Shown piece after piece: positions 1-8,340 of a stretch of 20,000 bases of DNA. Source of the DNA: an uncultured virus (IMG/VR IMGVR_UViG_3300035662_000021) (lineage: Duplodnaviria > Heunggongvirae > Uroviricota > Caudoviricetes); the IMG/VR virus record IMGVR_UViG_3300035662_000021; one strand, given 5' to 3'. Position 1 is the stretch's first letter; the number at the start of each line of letters is the position of its first letter. The notes under the pieces are model-generated. The model was not told where the DNA came from, searched no databases, and saw only the letters and a list, made by a program, of their open reading frames with translations. A program made the position numbers and the translations under genes.

Positions 1-50
1 CGTTGAGAAGGTGACGCAGGGGGTCGCAGGAGCGCTTCAAGTATTGGCAT
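1..50 (-). CDS. Possible 5' part of a gene running off the left edge (MPILEALLRPPASPSQ...)
   Basis: ATG at 50 overlaps the end of the 37-291 ORF and the frame is open to the window edge; too short to assess. Confidence 0.3.
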   Translation of the reverse strand, partial: MPILEALLRPPASPSQ

Positions 51-291
51 GGGTCGCTTCCGGCTTTCCAGTCAACCTGTCCCTGAGAGCCGCAATCGCC
101 GCGTCAACCTGATCTGCCTCGCAGAACATGTGAAGGGTGTGATAGGCGTCGATTCGAACCGTAAGCTGAACCATCGGCTCATAAAAGCTATGCACCTCGT
201 CGGCGCAGCATTCCCAATCACCTAGATCACTGACGACAACTTGGCGGCTTTTGCGCTTAGGTGGGAGCTTAATGTCGTGGAGGACGCTCAC
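37..291 (-). CDS. Hypothetical phage protein (84 aa)
   Basis: GTG start overlaps the TGA of the upstream ORF (GTGA at 288-291); same strand as the packaging operon. Confidence 0.7.
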   Translation of the reverse strand: MSVLHDIKLPPKRKSRQVVVSDLGDWECCADEVHSFYEPMVQLTVRIDAYHTLHMFCEADQVDAAIAALRDRLTGKPEATHANT

Positions 292-533
292 GACTGCACC
301 TCTGGCTGGGGCTCACGCCTCTGCAGAGTGTAGGTGGTCTCACCAAGTTGGATAGCCTCGACGTTCTCGGTGACGTACCACTCGCTCAGTGCGTCGATTT
401 CCTCTGCTGTGAGGATTCGTTTAATCGTCATTTCCGCCAAGCCAGTGGCAGGCAGCCGGATGGTTACATCAGTGACGTTGCCTGGCAGGTTGAGAGCCTT
501 GGCTAGGCGGTGAAGGGCGGGTTGGTGGGTCAT
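288..533 (-). CDS. Hypothetical phage protein (81 aa, MTHQPALHRL...)
   Basis: Start moved to ATG at 533, just downstream of the terL stop (556); the track's 641 start overlaps terL. Confidence 0.7.
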   Translation of the reverse strand: MTHQPALHRLAKALNLPGNVTDVTIRLPATGLAEMTIKRILTAEEIDALSEWYVTENVEAIQLGETTYTLQRREPQPEVQS

Positions 534-555
534 GGAGTGTGCGGTGGGTAAGTGA

Positions 556-2142
556 TCACCTGAAACCCGGCATCGTGGAGAGCCGGCGCTGCCTGGGTTT
601 GAAGGTGTCGCGGTCAGCGAACGGGTCTGGTGGCGGTGCACCAGACCCGTGGCCGTAGTGGACTGTGGAGACGCGCATCGGGCCGGTGCCCTGCACGTGG
701 TTCACCAGCTGGGTCATGGCATCCACCTGGTCGTCGTAGGTGTCGCCGGGGAACTTCAGCAGCTGAGACACGATCAGCGGCGTCAGCGGGTGATGGCGAG
801 GCAGGAACACCCGGCCCTGGTTGAACTGTGGTGTGGCGGCATTGGCGCGGCTGACCTTCCCGCCATCGGGCTGCACGGCGTGGAGGGAGTAGGAAACGGC
901 GGCCTCCTTCAACACCGAGATCACGGCCGATCCGTTGGCCTTGTCCTCCACCAGCAGCTCGCCGAACTGCCACTGCGGCCACAGTCCGGTGATTGCTTTC
1001 ACCGTGGCGCTGAAGTCCATCCGGCGGTTCACCGCATCGAGCAACCACAGGCCGGCGTTGTTCTGCCCCCAGTTCTGCAGGGCTACCATGTCGGTGCCGG
1101 CGGTGTCCTTGAACGTGCAATCGATCGAGCCGAGCGTTCGCACGAACCGCTCGGGCAGCACCGCATCGCCCTCATAGCCAGGCCGGTCAGTGGTGCCGTA
1201 GAACCGGAACATCGCCTCACTGAAGATCGTGCCGCCTGATGGTGACGGCCGCTGCTGGTAGAGCGCCTCCCAGTCCCGCACCGGGGTGTTGAGCTGTTTC
1301 CGGCGTGCCCAGTCGGCATCGAACCGGTCAGGGTCGAGGGCCTCGCCAGGCTGGCGATCATCCGGCTCGCGGGTGCAGAGCGCCGGCAGCGGCACTTGGA
1401 CCGGTTCGGCAATGATCGGCATGTTGATCACGTGCCAGGGTTCTGCGGCATCGGCGTGGCCGTCGCGCTCTAGGTCCTCCACCTGCTGCAGCAACCAGCC
1501 GATGAGGTCGGCATCAGCCCAGCGGGTGTGGGTGATGAGCTTGCTGGCGCCGGGTTCCTCGCGGGTGTTCAGCACCGTGCTCCACCAGTCATAGAGCTGC
1601 CTGCGGTAGGCGGCGGATTCGGCCTCCTGGCGGTTTTTGATCGGGTCATCAACGTTCAGGAAGTCAGCCGGCAGGCCGGTGCCTTTGCCGACGCCTGCAC
1701 CCCAGAAACCACCAAGGGAACCAGCGACCTTCCAGCGGCCCTTGCCGGCGCTGCTGGGGTCGAGAGCACCACCTGATGCGACGAAGTAATCCCTTGCGGC
1801 CTGGCCGAACTCTTCGGCGAGGGTTTGGGTGTGAGCGCCTTGGCCCCATGTGCGGTCGGGATACCGGCGGAGGAAGAAAGAGGGCAGGAACCGGCTGAAG
1901 ATGGTGGACTTGTAGTGCCGGGGCGGCAGCATGAGCAGCAGCCGGGGGAGATCACCATCAGCAACACGCTGGCCGATCTCCACCAGGCGGGCGGTGTGGC
2001 GTGTGAACTCAAAGGCTGGGTAGACAGCGGCGATGTGGTCGCCGAAGGAGCGGGTGTAGGGATCGGGTGCCTGCAGGGCGTAGGACGGCAGTGGCTCCGT
2101 GAGCACATGGCCGCCTGATCGATCGGCGGTGAGGATGCTCAT
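556..2142 (-). CDS. terL: Terminase large subunit (528 aa)
   Basis: Walker A-like MLPPRHYKST, Walker B LNVDDPIK, motif III THTRW, RNase H-fold nuclease residues (SIDCTFKD, LVEDKANG, DDQVDAMTQ). Start MSILTAD at 2142 gives an ATGA overlap with the upstream gene. Confidence 0.96.
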   Translation of the reverse strand: MSILTADRSGGHVLTEPLPSYALQAPDPYTRSFGDHIAAVYPAFEFTRHTARLVEIGQRVADGDLPRLLLMLPPRHYKSTIFSRFLPSFFLRRYPDRTWGQGAHTQTLAEEFGQAARDYFVASGGALDPSSAGKGRWKVAGSLGGFWGAGVGKGTGLPADFLNVDDPIKNRQEAESAAYRRQLYDWWSTVLNTREEPGASKLITHTRWADADLIGWLLQQVEDLERDGHADAAEPWHVINMPIIAEPVQVPLPALCTREPDDRQPGEALDPDRFDADWARRKQLNTPVRDWEALYQQRPSPSGGTIFSEAMFRFYGTTDRPGYEGDAVLPERFVRTLGSIDCTFKDTAGTDMVALQNWGQNNAGLWLLDAVNRRMDFSATVKAITGLWPQWQFGELLVEDKANGSAVISVLKEAAVSYSLHAVQPDGGKVSRANAATPQFNQGRVFLPRHHPLTPLIVSQLLKFPGDTYDDQVDAMTQLVNHVQGTGPMRVSTVHYGHGSGAPPPDPFADRDTFKPRQRRLSTMPGFR

Positions 2143-2459
2143 GAGACCAGCTTCGCCAGCCTGGCGGCGGTGTTGATCGCGCCCAGGGCAATGTGGTATT
2201 GCTTCGCCTTGCGGGCCTCCAGCTGCAGGGTGCTGCACTGGCTGAGCAGATCAGCGATCATCTGCGGGCGTTCTAGGTCCCAGTCGGCGCGGAGTTGATC
2301 GCGTGCGGCGGCGAGGTAATCACTGCATACGCGATCTGATACCCCCCACTTTTCAGCGGCAAATCGCACGCAATCAGAACGGCGACCACCATTAGCAATG
2401 ATCTGCGCGAACTTACGGACGCGAAGCTCAAACTCTGCAGATGTCGCCCTGGCTGCCAT
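2139..2459 (-). CDS. Probable terminase small subunit (106 aa)
   Basis: Translationally coupled directly upstream of terL; helical, N-terminal HTH-like segment (RSDCVRFAAEKWGVSDRVCSDYL). Confidence 0.65.
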   Translation of the reverse strand: MAARATSAEFELRVRKFAQIIANGGRRSDCVRFAAEKWGVSDRVCSDYLAAARDQLRADWDLERPQMIADLLSQCSTLQLEARKAKQYHIALGAINTAARLAKLVS

Positions 2460-4009
2460 TAGGTTTCCGCCGGGAACGGCTCGCCAGTGGATTCAAGCGT
2501 TGCGGTCTTGCCGGTGAACTGCTGCCAGCGGCGAACGATCACGTCCACATAGACCGGGTTCAGCTCCATCGCGTAGCAGGCCCTAGCAGTTTTCTCTGCC
2601 CCCATCAAGGTGCTGCCACTGCCGCCAAACGGCTCGACGCACAGGCCGCCGCCAGGCAGGCTCGACTTCATCACCCGCTCCATCATCACCACCGGCTTGG
2701 GTGTGGCATGGCCGTGGCGCTCGTCGCCAGTGACCCGCCCGAACTCCCAAACGTCGCGCATCACGTCGTGCGAGTTATCGAAGTAGCTGCGGGTCTCGCG
2801 CTTTAGCTGGTCGTACTCGCGCTTTAGCTGGTCGTACTCGCGCTTGAAGGCTTTACCTGCTGCAGCATCTTGGATCTTTTGGTATTGCTCAGCAGTAGGA
2901 AACGCCCACTGCGATTTGGTGACCCAGTGGCCGCCCATAAAGGTGTCGGTGGCTCTGTTTAGGTCGGCCACCTTCCAACCAATCGACTTCATTTCTTGTT
3001 CTAGGTATGCACGCAGTGGCTCCCACCCTTGCCAGTAATCGGCGGCATTTACACTGCCTATTAACTGATTGCCCAACTGAAAAAACAGGCAGTGCTCAGT
3101 TGCAACGGGATAACAAGTGATGCCTTCTTTGCCCATCAAAGAACACCCTCCGCCACCTGCAGCCTTCTTGTCCCACACGATCTGGTTCCGCAGCTCCATC
3201 AGCTCGCTGCTGCCAAGTCCAGCCTTGTACCAAAGACGCCACAGCTCCGGTGCGTTGCCCCAGATATAGGCACTGGCGTTGTCTTCCAGGAAGGGGCGGA
3301 AAGTCGCCCACCAATCCATCTGGAAGTTGTCGAGGTCGTCGTTGTAGAGGTTGTCGTTGGCGACGCCGTCTGATGCCTTGCCCATCCCGTAGGGCGGGTC
3401 CGCGTGCATCAGCTGCGCCTTTTTGCCATCCATCAACCGCTCCACCTCCGTCAACGATGTGCTATCCCCACACATCACCCGATGCTTCCCAAGCAGCCAC
3501 ACATCACCTGGCTTCGTGACCGGCTCCGCCGGTGGCTCTGGCACCGCGTCAGCGTCCGCATCCTCCGGCGGCAGCTCTTCCGCCTCGGGCATTAGCTCTG
3601 CCAGCTCATCGCCCGACCATCCCAGCAAGCTCAGATCGAAGTCCTCGGTTTGGAGCGCCTGCAGCTCACCCACCAGCACGGCATCATCCCACCCAGCATT
3701 CAGCGCCAGCTTGTTGTCGGCGAGCACGTAGGCCCGGCGCTGGGCCGGTGAGAGGTGATCGAGCACCACCACGGGCACGGTTGCCATGGCCAGCTCACGG
3801 GCGGCCTGTAGGCGGCCGTGGCCGGCGATGATGCCGTCTTTACCGTCAACCAGGATCGGGTTGGTGAATCCGAACTCTTGGATTGAGGCAGCGATCTGCG
3901 CAACCTGCTCAGCGCTGTGGGTGCGTGCGTTGCGGTCGTAGGGGACCAGTCGATCCAGCGGCCAGTGCTCAATGCGCTGGGCGGCCTGTACAGCGGCTGC
4001 GGCTGGCAC
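2459..4009 (-). CDS. ParB/Srx-like N-terminal domain fused to a beta-class N6A/N4C DNA methyltransferase (516 aa)
   Basis: ParB-like N-terminus (LVPYDRNARTH, FGFTNPILVD, IIAGHGRLQAA, LADNKL); GDVWLLGKHRVMCGDS; motif IV ADPPY precedes motif I EPFGGSGST; HATPKP. Confidence 0.93.
   Translation of the reverse strand: MPAAAAVQAAQRIEHWPLDRLVPYDRNARTHSAEQVAQIAASIQEFGFTNPILVDGKDGIIAGHGRLQAARELAMATVPVVVLDHLSPAQRRAYVLADNKLALNAGWDDAVLVGELQALQTEDFDLSLLGWSGDELAELMPEAEELPPEDADADAVPEPPAEPVTKPGDVWLLGKHRVMCGDSTSLTEVERLMDGKKAQLMHADPPYGMGKASDGVANDNLYNDDLDNFQMDWWATFRPFLEDNASAYIWGNAPELWRLWYKAGLGSSELMELRNQIVWDKKAAGGGGCSLMGKEGITCYPVATEHCLFFQLGNQLIGSVNAADYWQGWEPLRAYLEQEMKSIGWKVADLNRATDTFMGGHWVTKSQWAFPTAEQYQKIQDAAAGKAFKREYDQLKREYDQLKRETRSYFDNSHDVMRDVWEFGRVTGDERHGHATPKPVVMMERVMKSSLPGGGLCVEPFGGSGSTLMGAEKTARACYAMELNPVYVDVIVRRWQQFTGKTATLESTGEPFPAET
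2795..2845. repeat. 21-bp tandem repeat, about 2.4 copies (CTCGCGCTTTAGCTGGTCGTA), encoding KREYDQL heptads in the MTase
   Basis: Exact copies at 2795-2815 and 2816-2836, partial copy at 2837-2845. Confidence 0.95.
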
Positions 4010-4033
4010 GGTGGCGGTGCGGTGATCGGCTAC

Positions 4034-4067
4034 AGCTTAGCCCCCTGCGTAGCGGTTGTGCAACCGC
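4034..4067 (-). promoter_or_regulatory. Putative sigma70-type promoter for the MTase-terS-terL operon with an overlapping palindromic operator
   Basis: Minus strand TTGCAC (4063-4058), 18 bp, TAAGCT (4039-4034); inverted repeat GCGGTTG-TG-CAACCGC at 4052-4067. Confidence 0.55.
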
Positions 4068-4068
4068 A

Positions 4069-4935
4069 CTACACGGCGGGTTCCAGGGCGATGTCCACGC
4101 CATCAGGGCCGGGTGTGAGGCGCAGCCAGACACCACCGAGCGATTTGGGCATGACGATCCGCTCGACGGCCCAGCCAGAGCCGTCTGCAAACTCTTCCTT
4201 GTAGGTGCCGGTTTGGACGTGCCAGCGCTGTGCGATGCGTTGGCGGCCGGCTTGGGTGAGGCGGTAGCAGGGGTGAGAGACGATGGTGCGCTCGTGGTTG
4301 TGGCCGTTGACGTAGAGGTCGGCTTCAGCGACGGCTGCATAACGCATGCCACCGAGGGTGCCTTTGGTCACGATGCCGCCCCATGCACCGTGATGAAAAA
4401 ATAGGGCAACGCGGCGGGTGCGTTCAGAACGGGTTTTGCCAGGGCGGTAGAACGTGAACCAGAGCCAGCCCTGGTACCGCATGTGCTCGACCGGTGAGCT
4501 GTAGCGATCCCGCATGAGGCGGGTCATGTTGCCGAGCGGGTCGATTTCGTTGTGATTGATGATGGCGGTTTCGTGGTTGCCATCGGACATCATGAGAATG
4601 GTTTGCGCGAAGGGTTTAAGCCATTCGGCGCATTCGCTGAACACTAGATCGAAGTAGTTGCTACCGAGGTGCTCGGGGCGAATGGAGCCCTTGGAACCAC
4701 GACGGTCTTTCTTGCCCTGCATGAGGCAGAGGACATCACCAAAGAACAACGCATGACCACCGATGCCTTGAACGTGTTTGAGGTGTTTGCGTAGGAGGTC
4801 GCGTTGGCAGTGCGGGTTATCGAGGTGGATGTCTGAGGCGAGGAGGAAGGTATGGGGTTCGGCGTGACCGTATGGGATACGGATGTCCAGCAGCTCAGGT
4901 GAGCGACGAACCAGGCGGATGGATGGTGTCGCCAC
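4069..4935 (-). CDS. Calcineurin-like metallophosphoesterase (288 aa)
   Basis: All five motifs present: SDIHLD, FGDVL, DGNHE, FHHG, GHNH. Confidence 0.92.
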   Translation of the reverse strand: MATPSIRLVRRSPELLDIRIPYGHAEPHTFLLASDIHLDNPHCQRDLLRKHLKHVQGIGGHALFFGDVLCLMQGKKDRRGSKGSIRPEHLGSNYFDLVFSECAEWLKPFAQTILMMSDGNHETAIINHNEIDPLGNMTRLMRDRYSSPVEHMRYQGWLWFTFYRPGKTRSERTRRVALFFHHGAWGGIVTKGTLGGMRYAAVAEADLYVNGHNHERTIVSHPCYRLTQAGRQRIAQRWHVQTGTYKEEFADGSGWAVERIVMPKSLGGVWLRLTPGPDGVDIALEPAV

Positions 4936-5016
4936 CGGTTGATGGTGTCGGTTGCTGCAGGTTGCGGGGTTGGGTTAAGCCGTCACTGAGGGCTGATTTT
5001 GGCGTGGATGTGGCGG

Positions 5017-5373
5017 CGGACGTAAAAACCCAGGCTGTGACTGGGTTCGGACGCAAGTGCAGGCAAGTCGGACGCAAAAAACCTAGTGATAGCAAGGGAG
5101 GACGCAAAAACGGGATTTCCCCTATCCCCCCTATTAATTTCATAATGTTCACTACGATACATTCCTGCATGTTTTTTTCTCTACTTGATTTTATTCCTTG
5201 ACTTGCGTCCGAAAGGTGAGAACCTTAATGGATACTGGGTTTTTGCGTCCGCAACTTGCGTCCGACTTGCGTCCGAACGGACGCAACTAGCGTCCGTGAT
5301 CAGTGCCAGGTGTCTAGCTTGAGACCCTTAATGAGACGCTCGCGGGACCTGCCGTTGCCCCTGTCGGACGCAA
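5017..5373. repeat. Probable replication origin: CGGACGCAA iterons in both orientations around an AT-rich core
   Basis: CGGACGCAA at 5048, 5069, 5278, 5365; GGACGCAA at 5100; reverse copies TTGCGTCCG at 5203, 5243, 5256, 5267; variants at 5017 and 5288; AT-rich core about 5130-5200; directly downstream of the primase-helicase gene. Confidence 0.8.
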
Positions 5374-7702
5374 CTTTGGGGAAGATCTGCTTCAGCGCAG
5401 CGACCAAAAGACGGCTTGCCTTGACGGTGTGATCGCTTGGCTGGTCGATTACCCAGTGGCCTGCCTTGTCGAGGTAGCCCTCGTCGCGGTACCAGTCGCG
5501 GAGCCTGTCGTAGACCGTGGCAACGGTCACCTGGCCGTCTGGGTCGTAGCGAAGGCCTACCGCATCGCAGAACTCCCATAGGTGGCAGCTAGAGCGCCTC
5601 ACCTCTTCCATCGCCTCGTGGCCGGTGCTGTAGTCGATGCCGTCTGAAACGGACAGCATCAGGCCTTCTAGGAGCCAGTTGAGGAAGGCAGGGCAGATCA
5701 TCTCCTGGATGAACTCAGGGTCATCCTTGAGGCGCGGATCGGCCTGGATGTGGTTCGGTTCCGTTGGTGTGGCCATGAACGTCTTCATGAACCGGAAGAC
5801 GTGAAAGCGGGTTTCAACGGCGATCTGATCGCCTGACAGCGAGGGGTCTTTGTTTAGGTTAAAAACGAACAGAGCAGAAGGTACAAATTGCGACTCTTGA
5901 ACACCTTTCAATTCGTAAGACAGTTCTTCGCCGCTAATGGCTGCCTTAAGAGATTGTAGGTTGTCAATATGAACAAACTGGCTGTTTTCTGAAGACCAGT
6001 TGACAGATGCACCACGCAATGGGGCGATAGGAAACTTACGGCCGCTGTCATATTGACGGAAGTCAGCAAGTGTGCAAGAGGTAAAGTTACGGGCGCCGAG
6101 GGTATCACGCAGGGCCGTGCGTATGGTGTCTTTGCCGTTACTGCCTTCGCCAATCATTAGAACAGCGCGAGGTCTGCCACGTGATGCGCGATATTTGGCG
6201 AGGTGAAGACCGCTGCCTAGGATGCGTTGCAGGGTGTCACGATCACTGGGTTCAACGGCTTCTAAAAGCCTTGAGAGGTGCTGCGGATTCGCGCCAGGGT
6301 CGTAGTCGTACTCAGTGACATAGGTAAAGAATGTCTCTGGCGTATGCGGCTGAAACTGGATGTCAATTGCGCGGTCGTTCCATGTCCAGCTAACGATGCC
6401 ATTGCGGCAGTTGATCGATGATTGGGGATTGACGGCAACGGGTGGCAGTAGCCGGCGCATCCATGCAAGGGCTTCATCGATATATTTCGGGCGCTTCCAT
6501 GGGTATTCATGCTGACCAGTTTTGTGGTCAACAACATGGATAGAGGACAGAAATGCAGCCAGTGAAGGCGTAATTTCTTCATCTGCAACGGGTTTGTAGT
6601 GATTGCCGCTCCAGCAATGAAGGATGCCGTCTACGCAGATCCACTGCTGGGCGGGGTACTGGAAGACGTGTTCAACGACCAGATCCAACCATTCAGTTGT
6701 TGATTTGCTGGACAGCTGAAGGTTGATCGCCTGATCAGGGTCTGTCGCTGTAGTTGCTGGTGAGTGTATGCGGCGGGTTGGTTGTGTTTTGAGCGGTGGT
6801 GTGTTCTGGTAGCCGTGATACCGAGCCCAATACCAAAAAGTGCCAGGGTTAATTTTATCGCCACCTGAACGAGCGATTTGCGATACGTTCCAACCACAGA
6901 CGCCGGATGGCGAATGTGACTCCATCAATGAGATCGCCTGATCTTCGCCAGCGATTGTTTTAAGGGACCATAAGATATTTCTGTATTTCTCGTAAGTGTT
7001 ATCGCCAGGCACCCGTTGTGGGATGTGTGATAGTGCGGCCTTGATTTCGTCTAGCGTGGCCGGTTCGTATTGCTGGTATGGTTCGCGTTGCGCTTTGGAT
7101 TGATGAGCGTAGAAGGTGTCATCAGGCAGCGTTGCCTCAATGTCGAACACTTTGTAGCGAGTACCGGTAAAACCGACGATCTTGCACATTTCACCGAGGC
7201 TGCCATCAGCGCCAGCGTGATAGGTGCCAGGCAGCCGCATGACGCGAGCGAGGTTCTTGGTGCTGCGGTCTGCGTCGGCGTAGTTGAGTAGCCGTGTTTG
7301 GATCAGCTTCCAGTGCTCGGTTGTGATGGCATCGGATAGCACCCAGTAGTTGTGAATTGATTTACCACCGGTCGAGACCTGCATGGTGGGTTCTGGTAAG
7401 CCCAGTTCCTGCCATGCGGTGAGCTGCCATTCAACGGGTCGATTGTCCCATTCGCAGAAGAAAGCGCGGCAGGTGGTGATGTCTGCATCCTTGTCGCCGC
7501 CGTCATTGATGACGACGTAGACACCACGGCCATCGGTTTGCCATTGAGTGACAAGGGATCGTGACATGCCGCCTTTGCGGCCCTGATCACCGGCCTTGTC
7601 AGGGTGTTCCTTGTGGAGGAATGCTCGGAGCCTAACGGTACCTGGCGGCTTGCCAAGCGCCTCTACAAAGCGCTGACCTTCAGCGAAATCAAGAGGTTTC
7701 AT
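5300..7702 (-). CDS. AEP (RepB'-like) primase - PriCT-2 - D5/P4-type SF3 helicase (800 aa)
   Basis: AEP motifs (RAFFCEWD, STGGKSIHNYW, RVMRLPG), PriCT-like ALSHIP...YEKYRNILWSLK, D5_N-like INCRNG...HTPETFFT..TEYDYDP, Walker A GEGSNGKDT, Walker B-like VNWSSEN, motif C FNLN. Confidence 0.92.
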   Translation of the reverse strand: MKPLDFAEGQRFVEALGKPPGTVRLRAFLHKEHPDKAGDQGRKGGMSRSLVTQWQTDGRGVYVVINDGGDKDADITTCRAFFCEWDNRPVEWQLTAWQELGLPEPTMQVSTGGKSIHNYWVLSDAITTEHWKLIQTRLLNYADADRSTKNLARVMRLPGTYHAGADGSLGEMCKIVGFTGTRYKVFDIEATLPDDTFYAHQSKAQREPYQQYEPATLDEIKAALSHIPQRVPGDNTYEKYRNILWSLKTIAGEDQAISLMESHSPSGVCGWNVSQIARSGGDKINPGTFWYWARYHGYQNTPPLKTQPTRRIHSPATTATDPDQAINLQLSSKSTTEWLDLVVEHVFQYPAQQWICVDGILHCWSGNHYKPVADEEITPSLAAFLSSIHVVDHKTGQHEYPWKRPKYIDEALAWMRRLLPPVAVNPQSSINCRNGIVSWTWNDRAIDIQFQPHTPETFFTYVTEYDYDPGANPQHLSRLLEAVEPSDRDTLQRILGSGLHLAKYRASRGRPRAVLMIGEGSNGKDTIRTALRDTLGARNFTSCTLADFRQYDSGRKFPIAPLRGASVNWSSENSQFVHIDNLQSLKAAISGEELSYELKGVQESQFVPSALFVFNLNKDPSLSGDQIAVETRFHVFRFMKTFMATPTEPNHIQADPRLKDDPEFIQEMICPAFLNWLLEGLMLSVSDGIDYSTGHEAMEEVRRSSCHLWEFCDAVGLRYDPDGQVTVATVYDRLRDWYRDEGYLDKAGHWVIDQPSDHTVKASRLLVAALKQIFPKVASDRGNGRSRERLIKGLKLDTWH

Positions 7703-8337
7703 CAGATGCTGAAGGTTGGCGTTTCGCCGTGCTCAAAGCGGGCGGATCTGGCTGCGGCGCAAGCGTTGTGAAGCTTGTTGACTAAATCCTGATGTTGGTC
7801 AATAGTGGCAAGTATCGATCCTTTATGAGGGCGGCATAGGTTGCCAGCAAATCCATATTCGTAAGGATGCCCACCACCTCCAGGCGTGGACGAATCGCAG
7901 GGAAAGCAAAGATACTCCCACTCTTCATGCCGATTGAATGGAGCCTGTATGTCGCTTGGCTCTAAATAGCCACCGCACCTAGGACATACAGATCGCCCGT
8001 CGCCGAACACGGCGAAGGGATCTCCGTGTACAAGTCGAACCTCAAGATTCATTGGCGCGTATCCATGCTCTCTCTCGTGGGAATAAATGAGCATGTCCGC
8101 AAACCGTTCAAACTTGGGACATGAGTCGGCGCCTAGCGGTTTGATCTCATACCAGTAGACAAGATCCCCAGTTGTGACACGGAAATCAGGCAGGTAGAAC
8201 TCCCCGTCAAGATCAAAACCTTCGGGTTCGTATTCCCACTGAACGCCGAGGGTTTCAAAGAAAACCGCCCAGCGAGCTTCCAGCCGGCTACGGAAGCGAT
8301 GGCCGTAGGCGCGTGTTTCGATTGGCTTGATCGGCAT
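7702..8337 (-). CDS. PD-(D/E)XK-fold nuclease-like phage protein with a Cys-rich insert (211 aa)
   Basis: FRSRLEARWAVFF...WEYEPEGF...YLPDF...YEIKP; CPRC...CFPC candidate Zn site. Confidence 0.75.
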   Translation of the reverse strand: MPIKPIETRAYGHRFRSRLEARWAVFFETLGVQWEYEPEGFDLDGEFYLPDFRVTTGDLVYWYEIKPLGADSCPKFERFADMLIYSHEREHGYAPMNLEVRLVHGDPFAVFGDGRSVCPRCGGYLEPSDIQAPFNRHEEWEYLCFPCDSSTPGGGGHPYEYGFAGNLCRPHKGSILATIDQHQDLVNKLHNACAAARSARFEHGETPTFSI

Positions 8338-8340
8338 TGG

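Noticed and set aside
2143..2238. N-terminal extension of TerL in the ORF track
   Set aside because: Overlaps the probable terS; the ATGA-coupled start at 2142 is more plausible. Track starts for the helicase, PAPS-fold, RecT-like, VRR-NUC and ASCH-like genes were trimmed for the same kind of reason.
2845..3170. MTase insert as an intein
   Set aside because: No C-terminal His-Asn followed by Cys/Ser/Thr and no recognisable splicing blocks.
4052..4067. Inverted repeat as the terminator of the phosphoesterase gene
   Set aside because: Very short loop and no U tract; the sequence recurs at other operon heads, so an operator is more likely.
4872..5201. ORFs 4872-5201 (+) and 4895-5170 (-)
   Set aside because: They run across the iteron/AT-rich region, lack protein-like features and have no coupling or RBS.
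5017..5296. Repeat cluster as a CRISPR array
   Set aside because: Repeats are only 9 bp, irregularly spaced and in both orientations, with no cas genes; an iteron origin fits better.
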